DNA of 64,000 nucleotides from the sequence record MT446390.1, one strand, 5' to 3'. Shown here one piece after another: positions 1 through 13,018 of this stretch. Positions within the stretch are counted from its first letter, which is position 1, and each line of letters opens with the position of its first letter. Origin of the DNA: Escherichia phage TH12. The notes beneath the pieces were generated by a model. The model was given only the letters and a program-made list of their open reading frames with translations, was not told the origin of the DNA and did no database searches. The position numbers and the translations under genes were made by a program.

Positions 1-197
1 TCGGTCAAGAAAGAACCAAATGCCTGAGCGATTTTCTCGTCTTTATATTCAGGGGATACTTCGAAATCTTTTTCCTGGTTTTCGAAGATTTTAGCGATAA
101 TAGCCTGCTTGCTATTAGCGATTTCCGGCAGGCCTTCACCTTCCAGCAGTTCTTTCCATTTGTCTACGAGCTGAGCTTTAGTTTTGATAGTAGTCAT
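1..197 (-). CDS. 23: major capsid protein gp23, N-terminal fragment (gene continues beyond window start)
   Basis: Reverse translation from ATG at 195-197 reads MTTIKTKAQLVDKWKELLEGEGLPEIANSKQAIIAKIFENQEKDF..., matching T4 gp23 N-terminus; lies directly downstream of gene 22 as in T4. Confidence 0.85.
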   Translation of the reverse strand, partial: MTTIKTKAQLVDKWKELLEGEGLPEIANSKQAIIAKIFENQEKDFEVSPEYKDEKIAQAFGSFLT

Positions 198-214
198 TTG
201 TGTTAACCTTTAAA

Positions 215-1027
215 TTAGAAACGAGATGCGACTTTCGCATATAAACTTACATTAGAATTCTGTTCTACCTGAGTTGTGGTAGTGTCAACTGCTTCGGCAA
301 CAAAATTAAGACCGGCAGCGTCATTGTCAACTGTATTTATACTTTCGGTAATAGCGGCTTCTTCTTTAGTAGAACCTTTGACCATTTCTACAATAGCAGT
401 TAACTTAGTACCAAATGCGTCAGAATAATCCATACCTTCAACCAGGCCAATAACTTTTTCTTTCTGAGATTCAGTCAGGTCTTTTACGCTTTCATTAATA
501 GCGGTTTCACGCTGAACGTAATTGATATATGCATCACGTTTGGTAACTTCTTCGAACAAACGAGCGGTTTCTTCTTTATGTTCGGCCAGCTCTTCTTCCA
601 TTTCTGCTACAACATCTACAGATTCTTCTGGAACAACAACGTTATGTTCAACAAACAGTTCTTTCAGACCACCAAGCATGGATTCGAACAAATCAGCTTT
701 AATGCCTTTATCAACTGCGATTTGGTTTTCTGCGAGCCATTCTTTTGCAAGATGGTCTAGGAATTTAGAAGCTTGTTCAGCCAATTTTTTATCAGCTTTC
801 TCTTCAGCATCTTCTTTGGCCTTTTCAACTTCTTCTTCAGCCTTTTCGGCGATGGCTTTGATATGAGATTCAGCCAGTTTGACTGCTTCCTGCTTAACGG
901 TGGCTTCGAATACAGTGCTGAAATTAGCTTTAACGTCCGGAGACAGTTCTACTGATTCGAAAACACTATTAAGAGCAACTGAAGTCTCGATGTTCTGAGC
1001 TTCTTTCAAAAGTTGTTCTTTGATCAT
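215..1027 (-). CDS. 22: prohead core scaffold protein gp22
   Basis: 270 aa E/K-rich coiled-coil ORF; size and position between 21 and 23 as in T4. Confidence 0.85.
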   Translation of the reverse strand: MIKEQLLKEAQNIETSVALNSVFESVELSPDVKANFSTVFEATVKQEAVKLAESHIKAIAEKAEEEVEKAKEDAEEKADKKLAEQASKFLDHLAKEWLAENQIAVDKGIKADLFESMLGGLKELFVEHNVVVPEESVDVVAEMEEELAEHKEETARLFEEVTKRDAYINYVQRETAINESVKDLTESQKEKVIGLVEGMDYSDAFGTKLTAIVEMVKGSTKEEAAITESINTVDNDAAGLNFVAEAVDTTTTQVEQNSNVSLYAKVASRF

Positions 1028-1057
1028 TTTAGTGTCCTGTGGTTTAGATTACATTAT

Positions 1058-1065
1058 TATTTATA
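1058..1065 (-). promoter_or_regulatory. T4-type late promoter (TATAAATA on minus strand) upstream of gene 22
   Basis: Plus-strand TATTTATA, 31 nt upstream of gene 22 ATG. Confidence 0.55.
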
Positions 1066-1708
1066 ATGCTTTTAAACTCTCTGCGAGAGCTTTAAATGCT
1101 TCGTCAGCACTGTTTTTGGTGATTTCCACCGAATTTTCTGATTCTGATTCTGATATTTGTTTAGGAGTAACCCAAGCATCTGGAGCAGAAGGTCCCCATA
1201 CGGCATCTACGCCGACGGTTAATTTAAATCCTTCGTTCACGATACGGTACCCTTTATTGGTGTCGGTTAAAGAACCAAGACCACGAGAGGAAACACCTGG
1301 AATCCAACCAGCTCGTATATTAGCAGCTAATTTATCGCCGGGACCATGGTCGCCTTCAATAATTCTAGCACGTCCATATACATCGTTTCCTTTCCACCAC
1401 ATATCTTCAATAATGATAGCGGCTTGCATAGGGTCAACATTTGCACGAGGTGGATGGTTTAATTCTCCAAGGGCTTGTTTGGTTGCGACTTGTTCTTTAA
1501 TATAGTCACTTACTGCTTTTTCCAAAACGCGTTTAGGATATAAACGTTTATTTCGGTTAACAACCTCTGCCTGAAGAAAAATACCTTCTATATAAAGCCC
1601 TGGTTTTAAGCCAGAATCTTTTCCATCATGAGATTCCAACATTGGAACGCCATCAATAATCTCACCGGGTTGACCCCAAGTTTCAATAAGTAACTCGGGT
1701 TTATTCAT
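1061..1708 (-). CDS. 21: prohead core protease gp21
   Basis: 215 aa; [42 protein letters not shown]... typical of T4 gp21. Confidence 0.9.
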   Translation of the reverse strand: MNKPELLIETWGQPGEIIDGVPMLESHDGKDSGLKPGLYIEGIFLQAEVVNRNKRLYPKRVLEKAVSDYIKEQVATKQALGELNHPPRANVDPMQAAIIIEDMWWKGNDVYGRARIIEGDHGPGDKLAANIRAGWIPGVSSRGLGSLTDTNKGYRIVNEGFKLTVGVDAVWGPSAPDAWVTPKQISESESENSVEITKNSADEAFKALAESLKAL

Positions 1709-2133
1709 TAGCTTAATCCTAATGCTTTACGACGTTTAAGAGCCTTTTTACGCTTACGCATGCCTTTAACTTGGCCTGAAGGGTTAGCTTTTTTAGCTTT
1801 AACGACCTTACGAGCGATTTGTCTACGTTTTGCTTTAGAAAGACCGGTTGTTTGGAACGCGTTACGTTCACGAGTTTTACGGTCTTTAGTGCGGGTGACT
1901 TCACCACGAGAAGAAACATGTTTAACGATAAACTCATTTAACTGCTCTTCATTAATAATGGAAGCCATTGCAACAGCTAAATCCGTTTCAGTTTCAAGCA
2001 TGTTCTCGATAATAGTATTTATATCGTCAATATCGAGAGCAGAAGACAATGCATCGATTCGGCCCTGTGCTTCAGGAATAAGTGCTTCGACATTTTCGAG
2101 TACCAATTCATAAGATTCAGGGATAAGATACAT
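1708..2133 (-). CDS. 68: prohead core protein gp68
   Basis: 141 aa, basic C-terminus; T4 order 67-68-21. Confidence 0.8.
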   Translation of the reverse strand: MYLIPESYELVLENVEALIPEAQGRIDALSSALDIDDINTIIENMLETETDLAVAMASIINEEQLNEFIVKHVSSRGEVTRTKDRKTRERNAFQTTGLSKAKRRQIARKVVKAKKANPSGQVKGMRKRKKALKRRKALGLS

Positions 2134-2372
2134 TATTCATCGTCCTCATCATCTTCGTCTTCGTCGTCATCGCCTTCATCAGCGTCGTCTTCCGAAGCTT
2201 TAGCTTTCTTTTCTTCTTCTTCAGGTTCTTCGCCTTCAATCAAAAATTGAGAAGCGATTTCTGCTTTGCGTGCTTCAATCAAACGAACCGTTTTTTCTGC
2301 CATTGCACTTTCAAAAAACTTTCGAGTAGCAACGAGGTCGTTTGATTTAATAGCTTGAATTAAATCGTCCAT
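2133..2372 (-). CDS. 67: prohead core protein gp67
   Basis: 79 aa with poly-acidic C-terminal tail ([18 protein letters not shown]); position after gene 20. Confidence 0.8.
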   Translation of the reverse strand: MDDLIQAIKSNDLVATRKFFESAMAEKTVRLIEARKAEIASQFLIEGEEPEEEEKKAKASEDDADEGDDDEDEDDEDDE

Positions 2373-3943
2373 TAAAAATCCTCTTGTTCTTGGTCGGGGT
2401 CTTGGAAACGAGCCTCTTTCGACTCTTCTTCAATTTGCTTAGCCTCTTGTTCAATTTCCTCGTCAGACATCTGAAGAATATCTTTCATAGCTGTTCTGTG
2501 AGAAATATATTTACCAATAAATGGTTCGGCCATCTGAAGCATATTAATGCGACGCTCCAGAATCTCAGCATCCTTTAATTCCGAGAAATAACTATCCCGA
2601 TGAAATTTTATCTTAATATTATTTATTTCATCATTCCACTCATCTTCTGTAATAATTCCTTTAAGAATTAAATTAGTTTTAAGCGGGTCTAGGAATATCT
2701 CTTCAAATTTATGTTGCAGCTCACGAATAAATTTACCAAATGACAATTCATCTCGTGTAATAGAAGTACCAGCATCAAACTGTATACCACCTTGGTCGCT
2801 TGGAATACGGGTAATAGGAATACGTAAAGCCATATAAAGCGCATTACGGAACCAACGTACATCTTCCATATTTCCGGTATTATCTGCACCCGGTAATGTA
2901 TCAACTTCTGTTACTGCTTTACCATCACGTCGTTGTAACCAATAATCTTCGGTCATCGACATAATATGCTGCTGGTTTTTAATCTTGCCTGTAGTAGCAT
3001 CATATGCAATACGGTTTTTCATCGTATTCATAACATGTTGCATATGTTCTGCTGCTTTTCTTGAAGGCATATTACCTGTATCAACGTACCATACACGACG
3101 ATCTGGAGCACGAGTAATACGATAAATTACGACGGCATCTTCAAGAAGTTTTAATTGGTTCGCCGGCTTAATAGCCCGATGCAAATAACCAATGATATTT
3201 TTACCACAGCAATCAACTAAACCAGAATGGGCATAAACAATCGCGGCTTTAGGGATTTTTATTTTTGTGCCAGCTTCATATATGCGACCATCACAAGCAT
3301 AAGATTCGTGTGATGTGTCATAAATGAAATATTCTTTATAACCCTTGACTATTTTAACACCGGCTTCAGTGGTTGTAATAACTTCACGGACATATTGAAC
3401 TTGACGTGGGTCTAAACGACGAAGCTCTTTAATACCTTCTTTAGGGCGTTTAGGGTCAATAATTTTATGGAAGAAAATTCGAGAATCCACATACCAACGT
3501 CTAAAATGGTCTGAACCTTTACGTTGGAAAGATAAATGATTTAACACTTCGTTAAATTCATCCAACATCATTGATTTGATATTTGGGCTAAATTTTGTGT
3601 TGTCTAAATTTATAGAAACGACTTCTGTATCATCTTCATATACGATAGCATCGGAAACTATTTCAGAGACTGCATTATCCACTTCATAGTTCGTCATCAA
3701 ATTTCGATACGTATCGATTAATTCACGGGTTGATTTGAGCCCAGGTTCTTGGCTACCGAACATTCTCTGAAACATAGCATTATATGTTTGCTGTGCTTCA
3801 TTTTCAGATACTTCGTATTCTTTCGCACCGTCGTCCAATTTTGGTGTGGTGATCGATTCTAAATTTTCTTTTTCTTGGTCTTTGTAATCACGTTCGTCCA
3901 TTTTTGCCCATGGAGCAAACAAACTTAAGATATTAAATTTCAT
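2372..3943 (-). CDS. 20: portal vertex protein gp20
   Basis: 523 aa; [23 protein letters not shown]... matches T4 gp20. Confidence 0.95.
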   Translation of the reverse strand: MKFNILSLFAPWAKMDERDYKDQEKENLESITTPKLDDGAKEYEVSENEAQQTYNAMFQRMFGSQEPGLKSTRELIDTYRNLMTNYEVDNAVSEIVSDAIVYEDDTEVVSINLDNTKFSPNIKSMMLDEFNEVLNHLSFQRKGSDHFRRWYVDSRIFFHKIIDPKRPKEGIKELRRLDPRQVQYVREVITTTEAGVKIVKGYKEYFIYDTSHESYACDGRIYEAGTKIKIPKAAIVYAHSGLVDCCGKNIIGYLHRAIKPANQLKLLEDAVVIYRITRAPDRRVWYVDTGNMPSRKAAEHMQHVMNTMKNRIAYDATTGKIKNQQHIMSMTEDYWLQRRDGKAVTEVDTLPGADNTGNMEDVRWFRNALYMALRIPITRIPSDQGGIQFDAGTSITRDELSFGKFIRELQHKFEEIFLDPLKTNLILKGIITEDEWNDEINNIKIKFHRDSYFSELKDAEILERRINMLQMAEPFIGKYISHRTAMKDILQMSDEEIEQEAKQIEEESKEARFQDPDQEQEDF

Positions 3944-3971
3944 TGTATTCTCCGAATGGGAATTATAGTTA

Positions 3972-3979
3972 TATTTATA
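3972..3979 (-). promoter_or_regulatory. late promoter TATAAATA upstream of gene 20
   Basis: Plus-strand TATTTATA 29 nt upstream of gene 20 ATG. Confidence 0.55.
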
Positions 3980-4027
3980 TGGACTTCTCCGTCATCACGG
4001 GAAGCTGGGGATTTCTCCCCAACCAGA

Positions 4028-4519
4028 TTATTCCCACCAATCAAGAGCAAGAGTTACTTCGAACGTTTCAATCTCGTTATTCGAATCCCAGTCAAGAGAT
4101 ACTTCACCAACGTTAGTAGGCCACAAGCCGACAATTTCAACTTCTTTAGTGACCGTTTTAGCATCACGAGCAAATTGACGAACGATAGCAGTCTTTTTAT
4201 ATTCAGCAGGTTTACCACCGGTAATTTCATTACCTTGACCTGCTGCAATACCTTGCCAATCAACAAATTTCTGACGAATACTATGAGCATCGTCGTTCAT
4301 TACTGTAATAGTCCAATCATCGAATGTACGATCACCGGCCACGTTAATTTTACGGTTCATATAAGAAACAGGAACCTTTTCAACGATTGCAGCAGGAAGA
4401 GCCGTAGCACGACACTGGAAGCTAAAGTTTTGCCCAAGATAAGAGATTTCTACTTCGAACAGGTTAGGGCGAGCGAAATCACCAGATTCGAAGGCGCGAG
4501 TTACGTCATCTACAAACAT
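4028..4519 (-). CDS. 19: tail tube protein gp19
   Basis: 163 aa; MFVDDVTRAFESGDFARPNLFEVEISYLGQNFSFQC... matches T4 gp19. Confidence 0.95.
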   Translation of the reverse strand: MFVDDVTRAFESGDFARPNLFEVEISYLGQNFSFQCRATALPAAIVEKVPVSYMNRKINVAGDRTFDDWTITVMNDDAHSIRQKFVDWQGIAAGQGNEITGGKPAEYKKTAIVRQFARDAKTVTKEVEIVGLWPTNVGEVSLDWDSNNEIETFEVTLALDWWE

Positions 4520-4591
4520 ATTAGCCTCTGTAGTAATATGGGCTTAGGATTAACCAGATGCCCATAGAATTAATTTTTAAACGATATAGTA

Positions 4592-4599
4592 TATTTATA
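4592..4599 (-). promoter_or_regulatory. late promoter TATAAATA upstream of gene 19
   Basis: Plus-strand TATTTATA in the 18-19 intergenic gap. Confidence 0.5.
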
Positions 4600-4600
4600 T

Positions 4601-4618
4601 GGGCTACCGAAATAGCCC
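4601..4618 (-). terminator. intergenic stem-loop after gene 18
   Basis: GGGCTA-ccgaaa-TAGCCC perfect hairpin immediately before the late promoter. Confidence 0.45.
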
Positions 4619-4631
4619 ATCAGGCATCTTA

Positions 4632-6614
4632 TTAACCACCTACAGCACCAATCAGTTCGTCGAAATCGGCACCAGTTGCTGTTGCTACAAAGTTCAACGT
4701 AATATAATTTATCGAGCGGGCAGGTTGTAAGTAGAAAGTAGCTACAAATTCATTACGGTCGATAACTGCTGGGGTGTTATTGGTAGTATCACAAACAACT
4801 TTAAAGTTATATACACCACCGAGAGCTTTAATACCCTGTAGATATTGAGAAGTCTCTGTACGGAAAGAAGAACGGGTAAATGCGTTGTTCAATTCAAACA
4901 GGCGATATTTAGATGCTGAACCAATGTTCGTTTTAACCATATTGAACAAACGACGAACGTTAATACGGTCAAATGGTGAAGGAACGGAAGTGGCAGTTTT
5001 ATCACCATACAGAACATATCCATCACCACCGGTACCAGTAACAGGGTTAATAGCTTCCTGATACAAACGATCACGTTGTGGTTGACGAGTTTCAATTGCA
5101 AGCTTAATAACGTTAAGAATTTGTCCACGGTTATAACCGGCCGGAGACATCCAAGGCTGAGAAATATTGTCTGTGCGAGCACAAAGACCGGCAATATCAG
5201 CAGCTAACGGAACCCAACGATTCACATCGTTATATTTGTCGTATTGATATTTATAGTTACCGTCAATAGCAGCATAAGTAGAACTTACATTAAAGTTATT
5301 ATCAGTGTAAGATCCTGATGCAGTACGCCAATCAACCAGATTATCAACTGCACGATTAACAGGAATACCGACTATAGTTGCACGTGGTGGTGAGCAAAGA
5401 ACCAAGCAATCTTGTCGAGAATCACCAATTGCTACAACATGTTTCTGAACTGTAGAAGCAACTTCTAAAGATTCACCTGCACAAGAACCGGCAATAAACA
5501 ACTGCGCATTAACAGATTCGCGGTCAGCAAACAAATCCCAAGCTTCCATTAAATCACCAGCGTCAACCGTTTCATTAGATGATAAGCCACCACTCAGTTT
5601 GATTACACCAGAGAAACCTTTTGGCCAACCTTGTGCAGTAGCGAAAATATAATTGCTTGCGCCTTTAGCAAAGAAATCATCAATAAAGATATTACTACCA
5701 TAAATATCGCGTTCACCGCGTTTAGTAGAAAGAACTACACTCTGGACTACAGCATCGTTACGACGAACGATAATCGCATATTGGTCATCAGTTTGTGGGC
5801 CATACCCAAAGATTGCTTTAGCAGTAGATGCGCGAGTACCACCATCAGGATAAATTTTTAACTGGGCTGAAGCACCTTTGTCATAGTCTGCTTTAGATAC
5901 GATTTCAATTTCGAGCCGGTCGCCAAGTTCACCAGGATAAAGAGCAACTACGCCTGGGACACCATATTTTTTAATAGATTCTTGGAAAGTTAGAGAAGTA
6001 ATAGCTTCTTCTGAAGTTTCAACTTCAGTCAACAGAATACCTGAATCGGTTACGATAGAACCAATTGTAATAACGCCAGAGAGTCCAGAAGAAGAACTGG
6101 CAACTTCGGCGGTCCAGTTAGAACCTAATGCCGGATATTCATTAATTTCTTTTGCACGAGCAATAATTTTACCGGTTGGGATATAAATGTTAAGGATTTT
6201 ACCATCGACATCAACTGAAGTGACATAACCATCTGCTTCAACAGTTTCGGACAAATACTTAACGATAATTTTATCACCAACAGCATAGTTACTACCTGCA
6301 GCTGAGATTGTGAATTCGATATTGCCTGCTACAGGAGATGAGTTCTTAGCAGTATCACGATCAACTGCGCGTACAACACGAAGGTCATTACCGTATTGAA
6401 GGAAGTTCATAGCAGACATGAAATAATCTGCTGTATCCGTATTAGGAGTACCAAACATATCAACCAATGCAACTTCATCAGTGATTTGTTTAATCTGGAA
6501 TGCAGGGCCCCATTGGAATTTTCCAGCCAGAGCAGCAGTACCAGTGGAGTTATTAACTACAGTACTCTGTACGGTAGTTTCTTTGAGCTCAACGCCCGGA
6601 GAGAGAAGTGCCAT
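4632..6614 (-). CDS. 18: tail sheath protein gp18
   Basis: 660 aa; MALLSPGVELKETTVQSTVVNNSTGTAALAGKFQWGP... matches T4 gp18. Confidence 0.95.
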   Translation of the reverse strand: MALLSPGVELKETTVQSTVVNNSTGTAALAGKFQWGPAFQIKQITDEVALVDMFGTPNTDTADYFMSAMNFLQYGNDLRVVRAVDRDTAKNSSPVAGNIEFTISAAGSNYAVGDKIIVKYLSETVEADGYVTSVDVDGKILNIYIPTGKIIARAKEINEYPALGSNWTAEVASSSSGLSGVITIGSIVTDSGILLTEVETSEEAITSLTFQESIKKYGVPGVVALYPGELGDRLEIEIVSKADYDKGASAQLKIYPDGGTRASTAKAIFGYGPQTDDQYAIIVRRNDAVVQSVVLSTKRGERDIYGSNIFIDDFFAKGASNYIFATAQGWPKGFSGVIKLSGGLSSNETVDAGDLMEAWDLFADRESVNAQLFIAGSCAGESLEVASTVQKHVVAIGDSRQDCLVLCSPPRATIVGIPVNRAVDNLVDWRTASGSYTDNNFNVSSTYAAIDGNYKYQYDKYNDVNRWVPLAADIAGLCARTDNISQPWMSPAGYNRGQILNVIKLAIETRQPQRDRLYQEAINPVTGTGGDGYVLYGDKTATSVPSPFDRINVRRLFNMVKTNIGSASKYRLFELNNAFTRSSFRTETSQYLQGIKALGGVYNFKVVCDTTNNTPAVIDRNEFVATFYLQPARSINYITLNFVATATGADFDELIGAVGG

Positions 6615-6641
6615 TTTAATTCCTCTTAATTTGCTTTATTT

Positions 6642-8967
<2,326 letters not shown>

Positions 8968-9792
8968 TTATTGTTTTCTAGGACCAGGAGGGGTTGGTGG
9001 AGTCGGGATTGGAATATCATGAGTATAAGTTTGTTCAACTTCGCCATTCCAATCTTGTGCTTCAACGTCTCTCGGTTTAATTTCTGTATCAACTGATTCA
9101 AAAACGCTGGCGGCTGTTTGAAGGTCTCGTTCATTAGCATGAAAATCAAGATAAGTCGTTTTAATAAGGCCTTCAGCTGCGCCTACCGGAGGATACATCC
9201 ATCCATTTACTTCAAATGTTAATGACCACTCTAAACGTCGACGGGATAAATTATCACCGTCTATTTGTTCATCCATTGCTGCTGCCATCCATACGACTTT
9301 AATATCCCTTTCAAATGGAATATCCTGCCCATATTGCTCAATCATAGTCGTATTAAAATGCGGCTGAAAATATGGAATAATTTGCTCAACGATTTGGAAC
9401 ATATCATCTTCATAACGAGTAAAGATGCTCAGTTCAAAAATCATTTTAATTGGTGATGGGTTGTATTGGTCTACAATATCCTTAGTCGATTTACTCAAAA
9501 GAGAGTTATTCAATATATTCGTTTTAAACGTTGGGTTATAAACGAAATCTACCATTTGGAGATTTATACGTGGTAGAATAGTTTCGACTTTAGCCACATC
9601 TTCTTGTGAGTTTATAGAGGTCCATTTATTAAGTTTCATCATAAAGTGCTCTTTAGATGCATACGTAATAGGAACTCTAATTAATTTATTGCCTGTAGAC
9701 AATTGACGGTTAACTTGGATATTTGAAAACAAATCGCCCATCATTGTGATATATCGCCTGAACGACGAGTTGTAAAAATAGCCAAACATCAT
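8968..9792 (-). CDS. 15: tail sheath stabilizer/completion protein gp15
   Basis: 274 aa; (M)MFGYFYNSSFRRYITMMGDLFSNIQVNRQL...; start may be the second Met (9789). Confidence 0.9.
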   Translation of the reverse strand: MMFGYFYNSSFRRYITMMGDLFSNIQVNRQLSTGNKLIRVPITYASKEHFMMKLNKWTSINSQEDVAKVETILPRINLQMVDFVYNPTFKTNILNNSLLSKSTKDIVDQYNPSPIKMIFELSIFTRYEDDMFQIVEQIIPYFQPHFNTTMIEQYGQDIPFERDIKVVWMAAAMDEQIDGDNLSRRRLEWSLTFEVNGWMYPPVGAAEGLIKTTYLDFHANERDLQTAASVFESVDTEIKPRDVEAQDWNGEVEQTYTHDIPIPTPPTPPGPRKQ

Positions 9793-9801
9793 TTCTCCTA
9801 A

Positions 9802-9819
9802 CCGGCCTTTCGACCGGTG
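9802..9819 (-). terminator. intergenic stem-loop between genes 14 and 15
   Basis: ACCGG-cctttcga-CCGGT hairpin just before the gp15 RBS. Confidence 0.4.
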
Positions 9820-9841
9820 TTTGCTTTATCTTATTTATTTA

Positions 9842-10606
9842 TTAATTCATAAACCCATCGTCAAATGGTGAATTTTGTCTACCGCGGTTGTTAACTACTA
9901 CATATGGTTCAACGTATTCACTTGCCTCTGAATTGATTTGCTCAACTTCAGAATATTCATCGATATTAATGTCATGGATACCGTCAAGATTTCTAACAGG
10001 ATTAAGTTCCAAGTCACTAAATTCAGGTATATTGATACCTTCATTTTTCTGAAGCACCGGATTGATTTCTTCGCCAGAGTAAATAAACTTGCCTGCAGTA
10101 ATTTTACGAATCGCATTTTTACCTACTTGATAGAACGGGTCATATGGTTCAACCCAGTTAATCTCAAACAAACTGTTGTCCATTGGGAAGTATATTAAAT
10201 CACCTTCCTTAGGCTCCTGATTGTTGACCTGGTGTTTGAAAAGACCTGGGTTAATAGATAATGTAACTTCGTCTTGAACTTGCATTCCGAAGTTGCTGAA
10301 GAACGATTTCGCTCCTTCATAACCTTCAAAAGAGTTCAGATATGCAGCAAATTTCCATGCTTTAGTAAATTTATTTTTAAGGTCCTCACCAAAGATAAGG
10401 TCCACGGCAACATATTCACGTGGAACATAAAAACATTCAATACCGCGCATCTGTATGCTTTCTGCCACTAGAACATCGGCTAGGGTTTGACTATTTTCGT
10501 ATTTGTTGAAGTTCACGTATTTGTTTAAAATCTCGGTCTCATTTGTCTGAGAATACCCACCACGATTTTCTAGCTTGGCGAAAAGATTTTTATCATAAGT
10601 TGCCAT
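9842..10606 (-). CDS. 14: neck protein gp14
   Basis: 254 aa; [33 protein letters not shown]... Confidence 0.9.
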   Translation of the reverse strand: MATYDKNLFAKLENRGGYSQTNETEILNKYVNFNKYENSQTLADVLVAESIQMRGIECFYVPREYVAVDLIFGEDLKNKFTKAWKFAAYLNSFEGYEGAKSFFSNFGMQVQDEVTLSINPGLFKHQVNNQEPKEGDLIYFPMDNSLFEINWVEPYDPFYQVGKNAIRKITAGKFIYSGEEINPVLQKNEGINIPEFSDLELNPVRNLDGIHDINIDEYSEVEQINSEASEYVEPYVVVNNRGRQNSPFDDGFMN

Positions 10607-10607
10607 A

Positions 10608-11534
10608 TTAACCTACCAAAATACCTGCAGGAGGGTCTAGTAAATATAACTCTTCTCGTAAAGCTTCTTTCTCTAAACGAGCTTCTTCAATTAATCGAAC
10701 ACCGTCGACAGTGACACCACCCGGTAACATCATACCTTGATGTTTAGCAAGAATTTGTCCGTTAAGCTCTTTAGCTAATGCAGTTGCATAATCTTTAACC
10801 CAGCGGTTGTTATATGCGCCTTGTTTAGTTGCAGGATCTTCACCAACTCGACGTCCTACCAAATTATGGTCTGGATTATCATAACGTTCAGAAATAGACC
10901 ATGAATCACGAGGACCGACCTGACCGTACCCTACTGTATTTCCTACCATCTTATGGGTCTCGATATAAGAGCGAACATACGATTCAACGATAATGACATC
11001 TTTCTGTCTAAAGTTACCCATTACTTTTAATTGCTCGTTTGCAGAGTTAAACCAAAAATCCGGAAGAGGAGCAATCATATCTTGAAGCATACCCATATAA
11101 GATACTAATTGAGAATAATATCCGAGGTCAGCGCCAAAAGCGTTCGGGCCGTAGAATTTACCACAATTACTGCCCATACCACCTGAAACACCAGCCATTC
11201 CTAAAAGGAAATCGGTGAACCATGGATAAGTTGCGTTACCATCCATTGAAGTAATAGAGCCAACGTTTGTTCTTATAATTCTTGTTACAGCAAATACATT
11301 AGAACCACGCATATCAAATACGCCATGACGGTATTTTTCTTCGTCATCAACAAAAAATACATGGAAACCTTTATTCAACCCGTCAAAATGGTATTCGCCG
11401 TAAAGTTCTAACGCTCGTGAAATACAATCATAAATTTGGTCTGTAGTTAATTCAACATTTACAATAGGAGCGCCTAAACGACGTAATATTACATCCTTTA
11501 ATTCTTTAGGGTTTTGTGCATTATAACCTGACAT
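10608..11534 (-). CDS. 13: neck protein gp13
   Basis: 308 aa; [30 protein letters not shown]... Confidence 0.9.
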   Translation of the reverse strand: MSGYNAQNPKELKDVILRRLGAPIVNVELTTDQIYDCISRALELYGEYHFDGLNKGFHVFFVDDEEKYRHGVFDMRGSNVFAVTRIIRTNVGSITSMDGNATYPWFTDFLLGMAGVSGGMGSNCGKFYGPNAFGADLGYYSQLVSYMGMLQDMIAPLPDFWFNSANEQLKVMGNFRQKDVIIVESYVRSYIETHKMVGNTVGYGQVGPRDSWSISERYDNPDHNLVGRRVGEDPATKQGAYNNRWVKDYATALAKELNGQILAKHQGMMLPGGVTVDGVRLIEEARLEKEALREELYLLDPPAGILVG

Positions 11535-11546
11535 ATAAATCCTTTA

Positions 11547-11560
11547 GGGCCCGAAGGCCC
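11547..11560 (-). terminator. intergenic tetraloop hairpin between wac and gene 13
   Basis: GGGCC-cgaa-GGCCC; a T-run follows on the plus-strand side. Confidence 0.4.
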
Positions 11561-11566
11561 TTTTCA

Positions 11567-13009
11567 TTAAGCTGTAGGAAGTTCAACCCAAGCACCATCT
11601 TTACGAACATAGAATTTACCGTCTGAAGGAGCATCTTCGATATATCCAGCCTCTTTAAGGGCCTGAATTTCTGCTTCTGCTGCAGCAAGGTCTGTTTCTA
11701 AAGTGGTAACACGCGTAGTTAAATCCGTAATTGTCGTGTCGTGGTTTTTAACTGTTGGCAATATACCACGTTCTTCTATGGTTTGACCGTTTGGGGTGGT
11801 GCCGCTTATAAGTTTATTTAAACTAGTTACTTGTCCTTTAATACCAGACGAATTAGTTCCCAATTCAGTTTGAACGTTTTGAATGTTATTGCCTAGGTCA
11901 GTAACACCAGTTTCAAGAATACGAGTCCTATATAAAAGTGAACCGGCCGGTTCAGGTTGTCCACCGTTTGAATCAACGCCAACCACCTGATTAAGCCATG
12001 CTACGTTAAAACGTAAACCACTAGAAGAATCAACACCTAAAACTGTGTTAATACCTGAAATGGAATCGGTATTTAATTTGATCTTACCCTGAAGAGTAGT
12101 TGGTAAATCTGGAGAGCCTATAGTAGTTTCTAACGTTGTCAAACGTGGTTTAATACCGCCAGGCGAGTTAATGTCTGAATTTATTGTTGATATAGAAAGA
12201 CGATTGGCCTCGACTTGAGTTTTAATAGCGGTTGAATTAGGATATCCAACAAAATCTTTTAATGCCGCAATATCTCTAGTTTGGATAGAAATGGATGAAT
12301 CAATACTGGATAAACGAGTGTAAACCGGTACTGTTAACGATGGTCTAGGACCTATTTCTTGACGGAGGTTTTCAACTTCGGTTGTCAGAGCCCCAACATC
12401 AGAATCGGCAAATTTATTTTCTAACTCGGTTAAACGAACGCCTTGGTCAACCAACACTGAGCTGTTAGTAATAATACGTCGTTTCATCCCGGTGCTTTCA
12501 TTACCTTCGGTCGGGACACCATTAATATCTTGTCCAGTATATTGCCCTAATTCGGTTTTAATCCAAAGAAGGTCGTTACGCACCGTACGATACACTGAAT
12601 CTGTTTCTGGATTAACTACTCCGATATTAGCAATAGTATCATCTAGTTTTTCTTCAGTGTTTAAAATATCAACACCGTGTGAATTTACAGTGTGTTTTAA
12701 TACTTCAATATCATCAGTGTTATGTCCAATTTGTGCTAAAGCATCTACGTCACCAGAAACATCCAAGATACTTTTAATTGTGTCAATATCAGCATTAGCG
12801 GTATCTAAAGATTCTGCTATAGTCTTAACGTTATCGTTAATTGTTTCTACATTTCGTTGAACTTCTGTTATTGGACGGTTCATTACTCCTTCAGAACCGT
12901 ATAACGTATCAGCGCCAGTTATTTCTTCTGAATTTTTAATCCAGTTTAAACGTTTTTGACCCTCATCAGGAGGGCCATCAACGTATGGTAGACTTTTTAA
13001 TTCGATCAT
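11567..13009 (-). CDS. wac: fibritin (whisker antigen control, Wac)
   Basis: 480 aa segmented coiled coil ending in the foldon motif GYIEDAPSDGKFYVRKDGAWVELPTA. Confidence 0.9.
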   Translation of the reverse strand: MIELKSLPYVDGPPDEGQKRLNWIKNSEEITGADTLYGSEGVMNRPITEVQRNVETINDNVKTIAESLDTANADIDTIKSILDVSGDVDALAQIGHNTDDIEVLKHTVNSHGVDILNTEEKLDDTIANIGVVNPETDSVYRTVRNDLLWIKTELGQYTGQDINGVPTEGNESTGMKRRIITNSSVLVDQGVRLTELENKFADSDVGALTTEVENLRQEIGPRPSLTVPVYTRLSSIDSSISIQTRDIAALKDFVGYPNSTAIKTQVEANRLSISTINSDINSPGGIKPRLTTLETTIGSPDLPTTLQGKIKLNTDSISGINTVLGVDSSSGLRFNVAWLNQVVGVDSNGGQPEPAGSLLYRTRILETGVTDLGNNIQNVQTELGTNSSGIKGQVTSLNKLISGTTPNGQTIEERGILPTVKNHDTTITDLTTRVTTLETDLAAAEAEIQALKEAGYIEDAPSDGKFYVRKDGAWVELPTA

Positions 13010-13018
13010 TTTTTACCC

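Noticed and set aside
1020-1505. Plus-strand ORFs inside the minus-strand structural module (e.g. 522-866, 1020-1505, 3956-4567, 12492-12860, 13653-13970, 15676-15975, 25001-25321)
   Set aside because: All lie antisense to strongly supported conserved structural genes (gp22, gp21, gp19/20, wac, gp12, gp10, gp5), lack RBS and have low-complexity translations; treated as chance ORFs
9831-9838. Late promoter upstream of gene 15
   Set aside because: Sequence is TATTTATT rather than the TATTTATA complement of TATAAATA; not called
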